From assembly GCA_964424525.1 (NCBI GenBank), contig CAYRJG010000002.1, forward strand, positions 1-35,993: 35,993 nucleotides of DNA, written 5' to 3'. Source of the DNA: an uncultured Ruminococcus sp. (GTDB lineage Bacteria; Bacillota; Clostridia; Oscillospirales; CAG-272). Each line of letters starts with the position of its first letter. The stretch's first letter is position 1. Below, in pieces: positions 27,531 through 35,913 of the stretch. Below the pieces are notes generated by a model, which made no database searches, had not been told where the DNA came from, and saw nothing but the letters and a program-made list of their open reading frames with translations. A program made the translations under genes and the position numbers.

Positions 27531-29363
27531 ATGAAAAAGATTTTAGCTATCATTTTGGCTTTGTCCTGCGCCTTTGCATTGTTTGCATGCGGTAAAGAAG
27601 CGTGCGCGGTTTGCGTGGATGAAGATAAGAACTGTTTGTGCGATGAATGTGAGCGAATCATCGATTGCGTAGATGAAGATGCTGACGAGAAATGCGATGT
27701 ATGCGGCAAGGATGTTCAGCCTGCCCCCGAATGCACCGAGCACAAGGATGAAAACAAAAATGACCGTTGCGATATCTGCGACTTGAACCTCAAGACCGGT
27801 GGATGCAAAGCTCATTTTGACATGGATAAAGACGGCAAGTGCGATACCTGTGAAGCTGATATAGCTTGTAACGTTCATTATGATGAAGACAAAGACGGAA
27901 AATGTGATGTTTGTGATGCTACTGTGAAGTGCACCGCGCACATTGATACAGTTAAGGACGGAAAATGTGACGTTTGTGAAACCGTTATTGCTTGTACTGT
28001 TCATTACGATGCAAACAAGGATGGTAAATGTGACGTTTGTGCTTCTGCTGTAAAATGCACCGAGCACGTTGACGTTGATAAGAACGGACGTTGTGATGTT
28101 TGTACAGAAAATGTAGTTTGCTACATTCACCTTGATGAAAACAAAAACGGTAAGTGTGATGCTTGCGGCGAGAGCGTAATTTGCACCGAGCATTATGATG
28201 CAAATAAGGACAGTGTATGTGACATTTGTTCCGATAAGCTTCCTTGCACCAATCATTCTGATACCGATAAAAATCAGTTATGCGATAAATGCGGTGCGGC
28301 TGTAGAGTGCAACCACTTTGACGGAATCAAGGATGCCGTGTGTGATTTCTGTGGAGAGGCACTTCCTTGTATCCACGTTGATGCTGATAAAAACGCTGTT
28401 TGCGACGTTTGTAAGAAGGCTATCCCTTGTGCTATTCACGCTGACGTAGACGATGATGGTAAGTGCGATGTATGCGGCAACGATTACAGATGTGTAGTAT
28501 GCGTTGATGTAAACAAGGATCTCAAGTGCGATTATTGCGGTGGCGAAATTGAGTGTGCTCACTTCGATGGCAATAAAGATGCTAAATGCGATATATGCAA
28601 AGAGGCGGTTGCATGCAAAGAGCACTTTGATCTTGTAAAAGATAACAAGTGCGATGTTTGTGGTGAAAATGTTCCTTGTAACGTTCATATTGACGTTGTA
28701 AAAGACGGTAAGTGTGATATCTGCGGTACCGAAGTTCCTCTTATTTGTGTTGATCACGTTGATGCAAATTCGGATTCACTTTGCGATATTTGTAAGATAG
28801 ATATGAGCAAGCTTTCCGATAATAATGCAAGTGAAACATCCGGTTACACCAATTATGAGATTCTCGCAGAGGATTTCATCAATGCTATGGAAAACGCTGA
28901 TTGCAGCTCCGTAACCGTTGAGGTTTCGAAGGGCAACGATACATACGCATTCTATAACACTGTTTATAATGCTGACGGCTCTTATGTAATGTATTACGTT
29001 TATCCTACCATTTCCGAAGATATCTTTGCTGAAAATGAAGTTGAATTCGTAGAAGGCGAATTGACCTTCGATAAGGATGGCAACCTCATCTCCGGTGATG
29101 CTGATGCTGCTTCTACTGTGGGCGCAAACGGTGTTCGCGCAGATCTGTCGAGTAAGAAGATCGAGAATTTCAAGATCGATGGAAACGGCCTTGCAATCTT
29201 TGTAGCAGCTGAAGATTCTGCTGAAATTCTTGGTGTAGAGCTTGCAAGTGATGCTACTGTCGTAGTATTTATCGATGATGCAGGTGCAATTGCTTCTCTT
29301 TCACTCAATTATGTAGATGCTGAAGGTGATACCGTTATCATCATCTGCTCCTACGAAAATTAA
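27531..29363 (+). CDS. Uncharacterised lipoprotein with about 19 tandem Cys/His/Asp-rich repeats and a C-terminal globular domain (paralog 3 of 3)
   Basis: 610 aa with a GGAGAAAG-type RBS and a signal peptide with ALFAC at residues 16-20. The repeats are mostly C-x2-H-x-D-x-x-K-D-G-K-C-D-V-C, followed by a non-repetitive tail of about 185 aa. Confidence 0.75.
   Translation: MKKILAIILALSCAFALFACGKEACAVCVDEDKNCLCDECERIIDCVDEDADEKCDVCGKDVQPAPECTEHKDENKNDRCDICDLNLKTGGCKAHFDMDKDGKCDTCEADIACNVHYDEDKDGKCDVCDATVKCTAHIDTVKDGKCDVCETVIACTVHYDANKDGKCDVCASAVKCTEHVDVDKNGRCDVCTENVVCYIHLDENKNGKCDACGESVICTEHYDANKDSVCDICSDKLPCTNHSDTDKNQLCDKCGAAVECNHFDGIKDAVCDFCGEALPCIHVDADKNAVCDVCKKAIPCAIHADVDDDGKCDVCGNDYRCVVCVDVNKDLKCDYCGGEIECAHFDGNKDAKCDICKEAVACKEHFDLVKDNKCDVCGENVPCNVHIDVVKDGKCDICGTEVPLICVDHVDANSDSLCDICKIDMSKLSDNNASETSGYTNYEILAEDFINAMENADCSSVTVEVSKGNDTYAFYNTVYNADGSYVMYYVYPTISEDIFAENEVEFVEGELTFDKDGNLISGDADAASTVGANGVRADLSSKKIENFKIDGNGLAIFVAAEDSAEILGVELASDATVVVFIDDAGAIASLSLNYVDAEGDTVIIICSYEN
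27603..28805 (+). repeat. In-frame tandem repeat array of about 63 nt per unit, about 19 units
   Basis: Repeat units were counted from the translation. Confidence 0.8.
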
Positions 29364-29385
29364 TTAAAATAGTTCTCATAGAGAA

Positions 29386-29432
29386 CAAAAAATCAGCCCG
29401 ATTTCAATTTGAAATCGGGCTGATGCTTTTTT
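29386..29432. terminator. Bidirectional rho-independent terminator after the lipoprotein cluster
   Basis: 14-bp stem TCAGCCCGATTTCA (29392-29405) / TGAAATCGGGCTGA (29409-29422), flanked by an A-run upstream and TGCTTTTTTT downstream. Confidence 0.85.
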
Positions 29433-29520
29433 TGCAGAAGCAGAGATAAATATATTTTGTGGTGAATTTTAAAGAAAAAGATGACACGGGTATAGTTGTT
29501 TTTTTGAAATTGATAGTAAA

Positions 29521-30054
29521 TCAGACGATACTGTTAGCTTCTTTATCGCCTTTAATGTTTCGAAATCTGATGATTCCAATAACAGAGGAGATAATTGCTA
29601 TCATTTCATTTATAATGCCGCCTATTGTAAATACAATAGAATTGTAAACGAGAATAGAAGATGATGTCAAAAGGATGCTTTTTCTGAGAAGCTGTGGCTT
29701 GCCGAGCGAAAGTATTATCGTGTTTATTGGTAATGCAAATATCATAAAAAGAGAAAGCGGTCCTTGCCAAGAAAAAATGCCTACGATGACGAGCACTGCT
29801 GCAAAGATAACCGAAAGCATAAATTTTAGCTTAGGTTTGTTGTTGAAAAAGAAATAGCATAGATTTCTTACAATGCATACTATGTTAAGTGCAAATCCGG
29901 ATGATGCACCTAAAAGCAGATATGCAACGCAGTGTAGCGATGTCGCTCCGGTTTGAAGTGAAATTATTCTTTTATCAGTGTTTGTTTGATATGATATAAA
30001 GGTCAAAACGGTAGCGATTATGCTGATTATTTGACCGATTAACTCTTTTTCCAT
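29521..30054 (-). CDS. YgjV-like inner membrane protein
   Basis: 177 aa from MEKELIGQIISIIATVLTFISYQ, with an AAGAGGA RBS. It has about 5 TM helices, and its pattern resembles the YgjV family as I remember it. The longer 222-aa track ORF adds an implausible leader. Confidence 0.55.
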   Translation of the reverse strand: MEKELIGQIISIIATVLTFISYQTNTDKRIISLQTGATSLHCVAYLLLGASSGFALNIVCIVRNLCYFFFNNKPKLKFMLSVIFAAVLVIVGIFSWQGPLSLFMIFALPINTIILSLGKPQLLRKSILLTSSSILVYNSIVFTIGGIINEMIAIISSVIGIIRFRNIKGDKEANSIV

Positions 30055-30237
30055 AAATTCCTCTTTCAATAAATGATGAAATTCTATGGAATTATATAAT
30101 AAAAAACCTATGTTGTCAAGCAGAAACTTTGAAAAAGTAGCTACCCGTGCGAATTTTTTTGAGTGGATTGCGGATGAAATTGTTGGCAAATATGTGTTTT
30201 TGCTTGCAAAGCATAATAACAGAAAAAATATACCCTA

Positions 30238-30266
30238 TTGACAATGATAACGCTTTGTGATATCAT
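30238..30266 (+). promoter_or_regulatory. Sigma-A-type promoter (TTGACA, 17 nt spacer, TGaTATCAT extended -10) for the SPFH gene
   Basis: TTGACA at 30238-30243, a 17-nt spacer and TATCAT at 30261-30266 preceded by TG. Confidence 0.45.
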
Positions 30267-30297
30267 ATTGATATCAAAACGAATTTGGAGGTTTGCT

Positions 30298-31326
30298 ATG
30301 CAAGAAAAATTACTTACAAACAAAAAGCACGGTATGCTTGTGCTCGTGACGTACCTATTAACAACGGTTGCGGCGTGCGTCGGAATGGTTGCAAGCGGTA
30401 TATGGGCAGAAGAAAGCGAAAAAGCGGTTGCTTGGGTTGTTTTTGCTATTTGCGTCACTTACGTATCTATTGGTTGGATTCCGCTTCGCGGATTGAGAAT
30501 ATTAAAGCCGCAAGAGGCACTCGTTCTTACGCTTTTCGGTAAATATATCGGCACACTTAAGGGTGAGGGATTTTACGCGGTAAATCCGTTTTGCGGATCT
30601 GTGAACCCGGCGGCTGATACAAAATTAAAGCAGAGCGGAGACGTTACATCAAGTCATGATGCACCCACAAAGCAGGAATCAAGCAACAGAGTAGGGAATT
30701 CTTTTTCCGATAACAAGAAAATTTCTCTAAAAATAATGACTCTCAATAACAACCGCCAAAAGATAAATGATTGCCTAGGCAATCCGGTTGAAATCGGTAT
30801 AGCCGTTATGTGGCGCATAGCGGATACTGCGAAGGCGGTCTTTAATGTTGATAATTACAAGGAATTCCTTTCGCTTCAATGCGATAGTGCACTGCGTAAT
30901 GTTGTGCGCATTTATCCTTATGATGTAGCACCTAATGTAGATACAACAGGCGACGGAATTGCAGACGAAGGAAGCCTGCGCGGCTCCAGCGAGGTAGTTT
31001 CGGATAGAATACGCTACGAAATCCAGGAGAGAGTCAAGGATGCGGGAATTGAGATTATCGAGGCTAGAATAACCTACCTTGCCTACGCTCCGGAGATTGC
31101 GGCGGTGATGCTTCAGCGTCAACAAGCGGCGGCGATTATCGACGCACGAAAGATGATTGTAGACGGAGCCGTAGGAATGGTGGAAATGGCACTTGAGCGT
31201 CTTTCGGAAAATAAGACGGTTGAGCTTGACGAGGAGAGAAAGGCTGCCATGGTGTCTAATCTCTTGGTTGTCCTTTGCGGAAACAGAGATGCTCAACCTG
31301 TTGTCAATTCGGGAAGCCTTTATTAA
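30298..31326 (+). CDS. SPFH/band-7 (stomatin/prohibitin/HflKC-like) domain membrane protein
   Basis: GGAGG RBS before the ATG at 30298 and two N-terminal TM helices. The SPFH-like core runs [15 protein letters not shown]...[35 protein letters not shown]. Confidence 0.7.
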   Translation: MQEKLLTNKKHGMLVLVTYLLTTVAACVGMVASGIWAEESEKAVAWVVFAICVTYVSIGWIPLRGLRILKPQEALVLTLFGKYIGTLKGEGFYAVNPFCGSVNPAADTKLKQSGDVTSSHDAPTKQESSNRVGNSFSDNKKISLKIMTLNNNRQKINDCLGNPVEIGIAVMWRIADTAKAVFNVDNYKEFLSLQCDSALRNVVRIYPYDVAPNVDTTGDGIADEGSLRGSSEVVSDRIRYEIQERVKDAGIEIIEARITYLAYAPEIAAVMLQRQQAAAIIDARKMIVDGAVGMVEMALERLSENKTVELDEERKAAMVSNLLVVLCGNRDAQPVVNSGSLY

Positions 31327-31340
31327 GCGAGGCACATTTG

Positions 31341-31541
31341 ATGAACGATTCGCAGAAAAAACAAATACCCCTTCGCTTGTCGCCTAAACTCTACGCGCAA
31401 ATTTCAGCATGGGCGGAGGACGATTTTCGTTCTGTAAACGGACAGATAGAATATCTTCTTACCGAATGTGTAAGGCAGCGCAAGAAGAACGGAAAATACG
31501 TGTCGGATGAAATAGATGTACCTCCGGAGCTTGATATATAA
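31341..31541 (+). CDS. Small Arc/MetJ-type ribbon-helix-helix DNA-binding protein
   Basis: 66 aa from [40 protein letters not shown], a beta-strand followed by two helices as in RHH proteins. It starts 15 nt after the SPFH stop codon. Confidence 0.55.
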   Translation: MNDSQKKQIPLRLSPKLYAQISAWAEDDFRSVNGQIEYLLTECVRQRKKNGKYVSDEIDVPPELDI

Positions 31542-31726
31542 TAACATAATGTGAAAACTTGCCGATGAGAATTTGTTTTGTTTTTATAACAAAACAAACA
31601 TATTTGGAATCATTACGGTATCTTTTTAGGATTTTATTTGTGCAAATCGTGGTCAACCTAATACAGGGCAATCTGCTTCAAAATAGTGTTCACGTAATAA
31701 ATAAATGATAGTGCCAAGGAGAAAAT

Positions 31727-32173
31727 ATGAGTAACAAAAAATACAAGCCGAAGCTTGATAAGTTATATTGGATTCTTTTTATTTCGACAAATCTTATTTG
31801 TGTTGGTATAACCGTAATTCCGCTGTTTTCCGATTTCGGTGCTCTTATCGTCACAATTCCTACTTTGCTTTTTGTCAACTATTTTTTTATCTCACCGCTG
31901 TTTGGATACGTTGAATTGCGCGAGGAAACCTTATTCATTAAATACGGATTTTTTCTGAAGAAAGAAATTAAGTATTCGAAAATACGGAAAATTGAAAAAC
32001 AAAGGCGCTTTTATTCCGAATCAATGATGTCACTGAAAAATGCCATTGAGCACGTGGAAATAAAGTATAATTCATTTGACGTTACAACCGTCAGCGTTGT
32101 GGATAATCACGCTTTCATAAGTGCTGTTGAGGAAAGAATTGCGCTTTCAAAAAATGAATCAAAACCGAATTGA
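31727..32173 (+). CDS. Bacterial PH-domain (bPH_2/YdbS-like) membrane protein
   Basis: 148 aa with an AAGGAGA RBS and two N-terminal TM helices. The segment YVELREETLFIKYGFFLKKEIKYSKIRKIE is typical of bPH_2 domains. Confidence 0.55.
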   Translation: MSNKKYKPKLDKLYWILFISTNLICVGITVIPLFSDFGALIVTIPTLLFVNYFFISPLFGYVELREETLFIKYGFFLKKEIKYSKIRKIEKQRRFYSESMMSLKNAIEHVEIKYNSFDVTTVSVVDNHAFISAVEERIALSKNESKPN

Positions 32174-32264
32174 AAATTTGAATCGTTTAATGATAAGCTT
32201 TTACAATTCTGTTTTGTAACATCTAATATACTCTCGTGTCAGCCAAACGCGAATCTCGTATAAT

Positions 32265-32305
32265 AAAAAACTGTCAAGCGAATTTATCGAGCTTGACAGT
32301 TTTTT
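32265..32305. terminator. Bidirectional rho-independent terminator between convergent genes
   Basis: Stem CTGTCAAGC (32271-32279) / GCTTGACAG (32291-32299), flanked by AAAAAA and TTTTTT. Confidence 0.8.
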
Positions 32306-32346
32306 ATTGAGAACCGCATCGAAAAAAATGGGATCTCGCAGCTTTT

Positions 32347-32838
32347 TTAGATTATAATTTCAAATTGCTCGTCGGGTGAAAGATCAACCACGGGGCAATC
32401 GTTTGCATAGGTACATTCGGGAAGAATGATCATAGCCGTCAATTGTTCTTTAGTTGCGGGGAGTGGCGCCAGGTGCCAAATTGCAGCTTTTATCTTAACA
32501 AGCGTGTTCTTTGGAACAAGAAATGCTTTGGCGAGATCGGTCACAACCGCGCCGCCCGATGCGGGAGCAACATGAATTATCATATCGTCATCCAGCGGCA
32601 ATATGAGCTCCTCGGTTGTGGTATGGTATTCTTGCTGGGTAATAATCATACGCTCGGGCTTTTTAACTATTATGGGTGAGAAGGCGAGTCTGCCTTGACA
32701 AGTCGTGGTAAGACGGTCGGGGTAAAATTTGTGAATAGCACCGCAAAGAGGGTAGCCTTCCGGGGTTGCCATATTATAAAATTCTCCAAACGGAGCAAAG
32801 GAATCGTGATTTAAGGGTTCCACTTTAATTTGTTTCAT
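32347..32838 (-). CDS. Ureidoglycolate lyase (AllA)-like cupin-fold protein
   Basis: 163 aa. The N-terminus IKVEPLNHDSFAPFGEF and the later IWHLAPLP resemble the AllA family (E. coli AllA has LPLSQEAFSAYGDV and VWHHPL, from memory). No other allantoin genes are nearby. Confidence 0.5.
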   Translation of the reverse strand: MKQIKVEPLNHDSFAPFGEFYNMATPEGYPLCGAIHKFYPDRLTTTCQGRLAFSPIIVKKPERMIITQQEYHTTTEELILPLDDDMIIHVAPASGGAVVTDLAKAFLVPKNTLVKIKAAIWHLAPLPATKEQLTAMIILPECTYANDCPVVDLSPDEQFEIII

Positions 32839-33098
32839 TGTTTTCTCCTTTTTGATTGAGATTTGATGAATTCAGTATAACACACTATTTTGAATTTCGC
32901 AAGAAGGGTGGGAAACATTTTATTGTGGGGGCATCTTTGGAGAAAGTTAGAAGAGTTTTGGTTTAGAGCTATGAGGCTCGCTGTTATGATTTTGCTATCG
33001 CGAAAGTTATGATATGATTACCTTCGCAATCTTCAACTTGGCGGAGCCAATCATAATATCTCACACCCCAAATCAAGTTTATACATCACATTTATAAG

Positions 33099-33845
33099 TT
33101 ATTTTTTGAATACAAACAAGTATTCGTGAGCAATCAAAAGGAAATTGTACTTTATGCTATTAGTTTTCCAATATCCTGTAGCTTGACAATTATGCTGTTC
33201 TTTAATTATGATTTCCTTGAGCTTAAATCCTGCAAGCTGAAACATCGTCATAGTTTCAAATGCGAGGGGTTGTACCATACCTTTTTTACGTGTATCGCCC
33301 ATAAGTATAACGCAGAATTTATCTTTCTTCAATACTCTGAAAGATTCCTCGGCAACTTTATATATTTCGGGCAAAAATGCTTTCATATCAAGATGTGACA
33401 AGTCACCCTCGATGCCCTCACTATATTGAATAATATCTGCATACGGGGGGTGTGTGCAAATAAGGTCAATCGATTCATTGGGCAAATCCAGAGTTCTGGC
33501 ATCACATAACCTTATTGTAGTGGTGCAAGGTGTTTCAAACTCAAAATTGCACTTTTTCGTAGAAAGGGCAACGGCATCGGGGTTTATATCAAAGCCGATA
33601 AAGTTACGGTGAGTTAATCTTGCTTCAACTGCGGTTGTGCCACCACCTACAAACTGATCTAATACGGTATCACTCTCGGCTGAATATCTCAAAATAACGT
33701 TTCTCGGAATGTAAGGTGACCAATTTCCGCGATATTTTGCATCGTGTGTAGCCCATTTGCCGCGATTAGGGAACGCCCAAACAGTATTTGTTTCAAGTTC
33801 AAAGTTTTCGGGCTGTAACGGAATGTTCTTTGCCATATTATTCAC
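33099..33845 (-). CDS. SAM-dependent DNA methyltransferase (N6-adenine/N4-cytosine type), second methylase of the R-M cassette
   Basis: 248 aa with the SAM-binding motif VLDQFVGGGTTAVEA, followed by GFDINPDAV and the catalytic-type motif LICTHPPYADI. It overlaps the endonuclease stop by 8 nt (GTG at 33845; alternative ATG at 33836). Confidence 0.75.
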   Translation of the reverse strand: MNNMAKNIPLQPENFELETNTVWAFPNRGKWATHDAKYRGNWSPYIPRNVILRYSAESDTVLDQFVGGGTTAVEARLTHRNFIGFDINPDAVALSTKKCNFEFETPCTTTIRLCDARTLDLPNESIDLICTHPPYADIIQYSEGIEGDLSHLDMKAFLPEIYKVAEESFRVLKKDKFCVILMGDTRKKGMVQPLAFETMTMFQLAGFKLKEIIIKEQHNCQATGYWKTNSIKYNFLLIAHEYLFVFKK

Positions 33846-34629
33846 CGAATATTGTAGAAATTATTTCATCCAAAATACCTGATTTTGTCATATTGTAGTT
33901 TAAAAGGTAATGGATGTATGTAAATCCTTTCGTCAATTGATTGGTAGTTCCGGTCCAACAATTACCATCGGTAATAAGTATAAAGCCAATACCGTTTTCC
34001 ATCAAATTTGCTTGTCTATTTATGTAAGAATCAATAATTTCTTCGGGTTTCGAACCACCGCCATTAAAGAAATTAACCTCTATATTAATGCATTTTTGCC
34101 CTTTGATTAAAATAAAATCGGCTTTTCTGTTAGCGATATCATCGGAGATTTCAAACCCCTTTTCTCGTAAAACCTTGAACTGTTTTTGAGTAAAATATGT
34201 TACACCATATTTTTGACAAACTTCTTGGATTATTGGTTCGCAAGCCAATTCAAACGCAGATCCGCCTCTGTTTTTTCTGCCGTTAGAGTCCAATCCAACC
34301 AATATTCCGGTAATATAATCAAGAGTACTTTTTTCTATTAAGTTTTGGTAAAGATTTTTTAAACCCATTTGTTTAAAAAATGATAAAAATTCACAAATTT
34401 GTTCGTCGGATAAATTGTTTTGTCCACAGAAATTAACCTTCTGCACATCTTCTCCACCAATTTCACTACCGATTATTTGTAATAACATACCTTCTTTGCG
34501 TACTTCGTTTCTCTCGATTTTTGACAATGCAAATAAGTAAGGAAATACTTCGACAACAGAAGGAATCTTCTTTAAAAGTTTAACAAATAAATCGTCAAAG
34601 TCATCAATTTTACCGATTAAGCAGTCCAA
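33838..34629 (-). CDS. DpnII/MboI-family (GATC-type) type II restriction endonuclease, apparently N-terminally disrupted
   Basis: The motifs GLDSNGRKNRGGSAFE and ADFILIKG...INIEVNFFNGGGSK and ILITDGNCW match my recollection of the DpnII family. The open frame begins only at a TTG with no RBS. Homologous-looking sequence continues upstream past an in-frame TAA (see findings). Confidence 0.65.
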   Translation of the reverse strand: MDCLIGKIDDFDDLFVKLLKKIPSVVEVFPYLFALSKIERNEVRKEGMLLQIIGSEIGGEDVQKVNFCGQNNLSDEQICEFLSFFKQMGLKNLYQNLIEKSTLDYITGILVGLDSNGRKNRGGSAFELACEPIIQEVCQKYGVTYFTQKQFKVLREKGFEISDDIANRKADFILIKGQKCINIEVNFFNGGGSKPEEIIDSYINRQANLMENGIGFILITDGNCWTGTTNQLTKGFTYIHYLLNYNMTKSGILDEIISTIFGE

Positions 34630-34784
34630 GGCGTGAATTTCAACAAAATACTTTTTGTGATCAGATATATTTTCCCAATTAACATAATAATTAAAACCTC
34701 TATTGGTTTCAACTAATTGTCTTTAAAAGAAATCCAATCTTTCTTCAATACTTTTTTCAAAATACATAGGTGTATAATTCTCCC

Positions 34785-35855
34785 TTAGTAATTTTTAATT
34801 AAAAGTTCCTTTATTTTGCCACGAGAAGAAGCTTTACTGTTTATCATACGTGAAGCATCCACTCTTAATATTGTGAAATCGGTATACAAGTCATCAAAGA
34901 AATTATCGTTTTCATCAACGTTATGAGGATCGGAATTACTTAACATAACCTTTGCTCCCATTGCGGAAAGTTCTTTATACATATCAGCAAGTTCAATCTG
35001 ATTTTGATCGTTGAATTGATCTTCCGTATATGAAGTAAAGCCCGAAGTGGCGTTTAAAGGACGATACGGGGGATCGATATAAACAAAGGTGTTTTCATCG
35101 GTAAAACTCAATACATCGTGATAGTCGCATGAACGCATAATTACGTTTTGCAGAACTTCGGATATTTTGAGTAAATTCTCCGTATCACATATAGTCGGGT
35201 TTGAGTGCTTGCCAAAAGGTACGTTATAACAACCTTTTTTATTAACACGATACAAGCCATTAAAACAGGTTCTATTTATGAAGATAAACAAAGCGGCCTT
35301 TTCAATGCGAGTATCATCATTCAAATTTAGAGTATTGTATCTGTCGCGCTGTTCATAGTAATATACTTGCTTTTCTTCATTGTTCGTACAAGCATTATAT
35401 TTACTTTGCATATCAGCAAGCATTTGTATCAAATCGCCGCAACAATCTTTAATAACGGAGTAAGAATTAATGAGCTCTTTATTGTTATCGCTAATGTATA
35501 CTTCTTCGAAAGAGCATTCCGAAAGTAACGCAAAGAGCAAAGCACCACCACCTACAAAAGGCTCGGCGTATTTTGTAATAGTTGTTCCCATACCCTCGGG
35601 CAAGTTTGATTTTAAAACCTCTAAAAGCTGACCTTTGCCACCAGCCCATTTTACAAAAGGACGAGCAGACTCCGAACGCTTTACAGGCTTTGACTTTCTT
35701 GCATCATCGGGTTTTTCGGCATTTCGAGGAATAATCCACATATTTCCAAGCATAGCAACATCGGGGATTCTGTTTTCAGCGCAAAGAATGGATACTCGCC
35801 TTTGCGATATATTCCACTTTTCTGCAGCTTCTCTTGCGGTTATATATTGTAACAT
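34785..35855 (-). CDS. Dam-family (alpha-class) N6-adenine DNA methyltransferase with an N-terminal HTH domain
   Basis: AGGAGG RBS 4 nt before the ATG at 35855. The N-terminal segment YITAREAAEKWNISQRRVSILCAENRIPDVAMLGNMWIIP is an excisionase/MerR-like HTH. It is followed by the Dam motifs FVKWAGGKGQLL, EPFVGGGALLF and YIDPPY. Confidence 0.85.
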   Translation of the reverse strand: MLQYITAREAAEKWNISQRRVSILCAENRIPDVAMLGNMWIIPRNAEKPDDARKSKPVKRSESARPFVKWAGGKGQLLEVLKSNLPEGMGTTITKYAEPFVGGGALLFALLSECSFEEVYISDNNKELINSYSVIKDCCGDLIQMLADMQSKYNACTNNEEKQVYYYEQRDRYNTLNLNDDTRIEKAALFIFINRTCFNGLYRVNKKGCYNVPFGKHSNPTICDTENLLKISEVLQNVIMRSCDYHDVLSFTDENTFVYIDPPYRPLNATSGFTSYTEDQFNDQNQIELADMYKELSAMGAKVMLSNSDPHNVDENDNFFDDLYTDFTILRVDASRMINSKASSRGKIKELLIKNY

Positions 35856-35884
35856 AGTTCCTCCTAAAAACATGGGTTGTATAT

Positions 35885-35913
35885 ATTATATTCCAAATCT
35901 CGAACAATGTCAA
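35885..35913 (-). promoter_or_regulatory. Consensus sigma-A promoter (TTGACA, 17 nt spacer, TATAAT) driving the R-M cassette
   Basis: On the minus strand, TTGACA is the complement of 35908-35913, the spacer is 17 nt and TATAAT is the complement of 35885-35890. A GATC at 35914-35917 abuts the -35 box. Confidence 0.55.

Noticed and set aside
23856-28805. The regular roughly 63-nt periodicity could be mistaken for a CRISPR array or a non-coding satellite.
   Set aside because: The period is exactly 21 codons and in frame within long ORFs that have signal peptides. The units abut each other with no unique spacers. Variation is concentrated at wobble positions, and no cas genes are present.
23856-28805. 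Interpreting the D-x-D-x-N-G loops as dockerin modules of a cellulosome-like system.
   Set aside because: Dockerins are paired segments of about 22 aa, lacking Cys, at protein termini. Here the loops are embedded in Cys/His knuckles and repeated 15-20 times, and no cohesin-like or glycoside hydrolase genes are adjacent.
29459-29647. A 62-aa plus-strand ORF after the lipoprotein cluster terminator.
   Set aside because: It is antisense to the 3' end of the YgjV-like membrane protein gene, has no RBS and follows a strong terminator.
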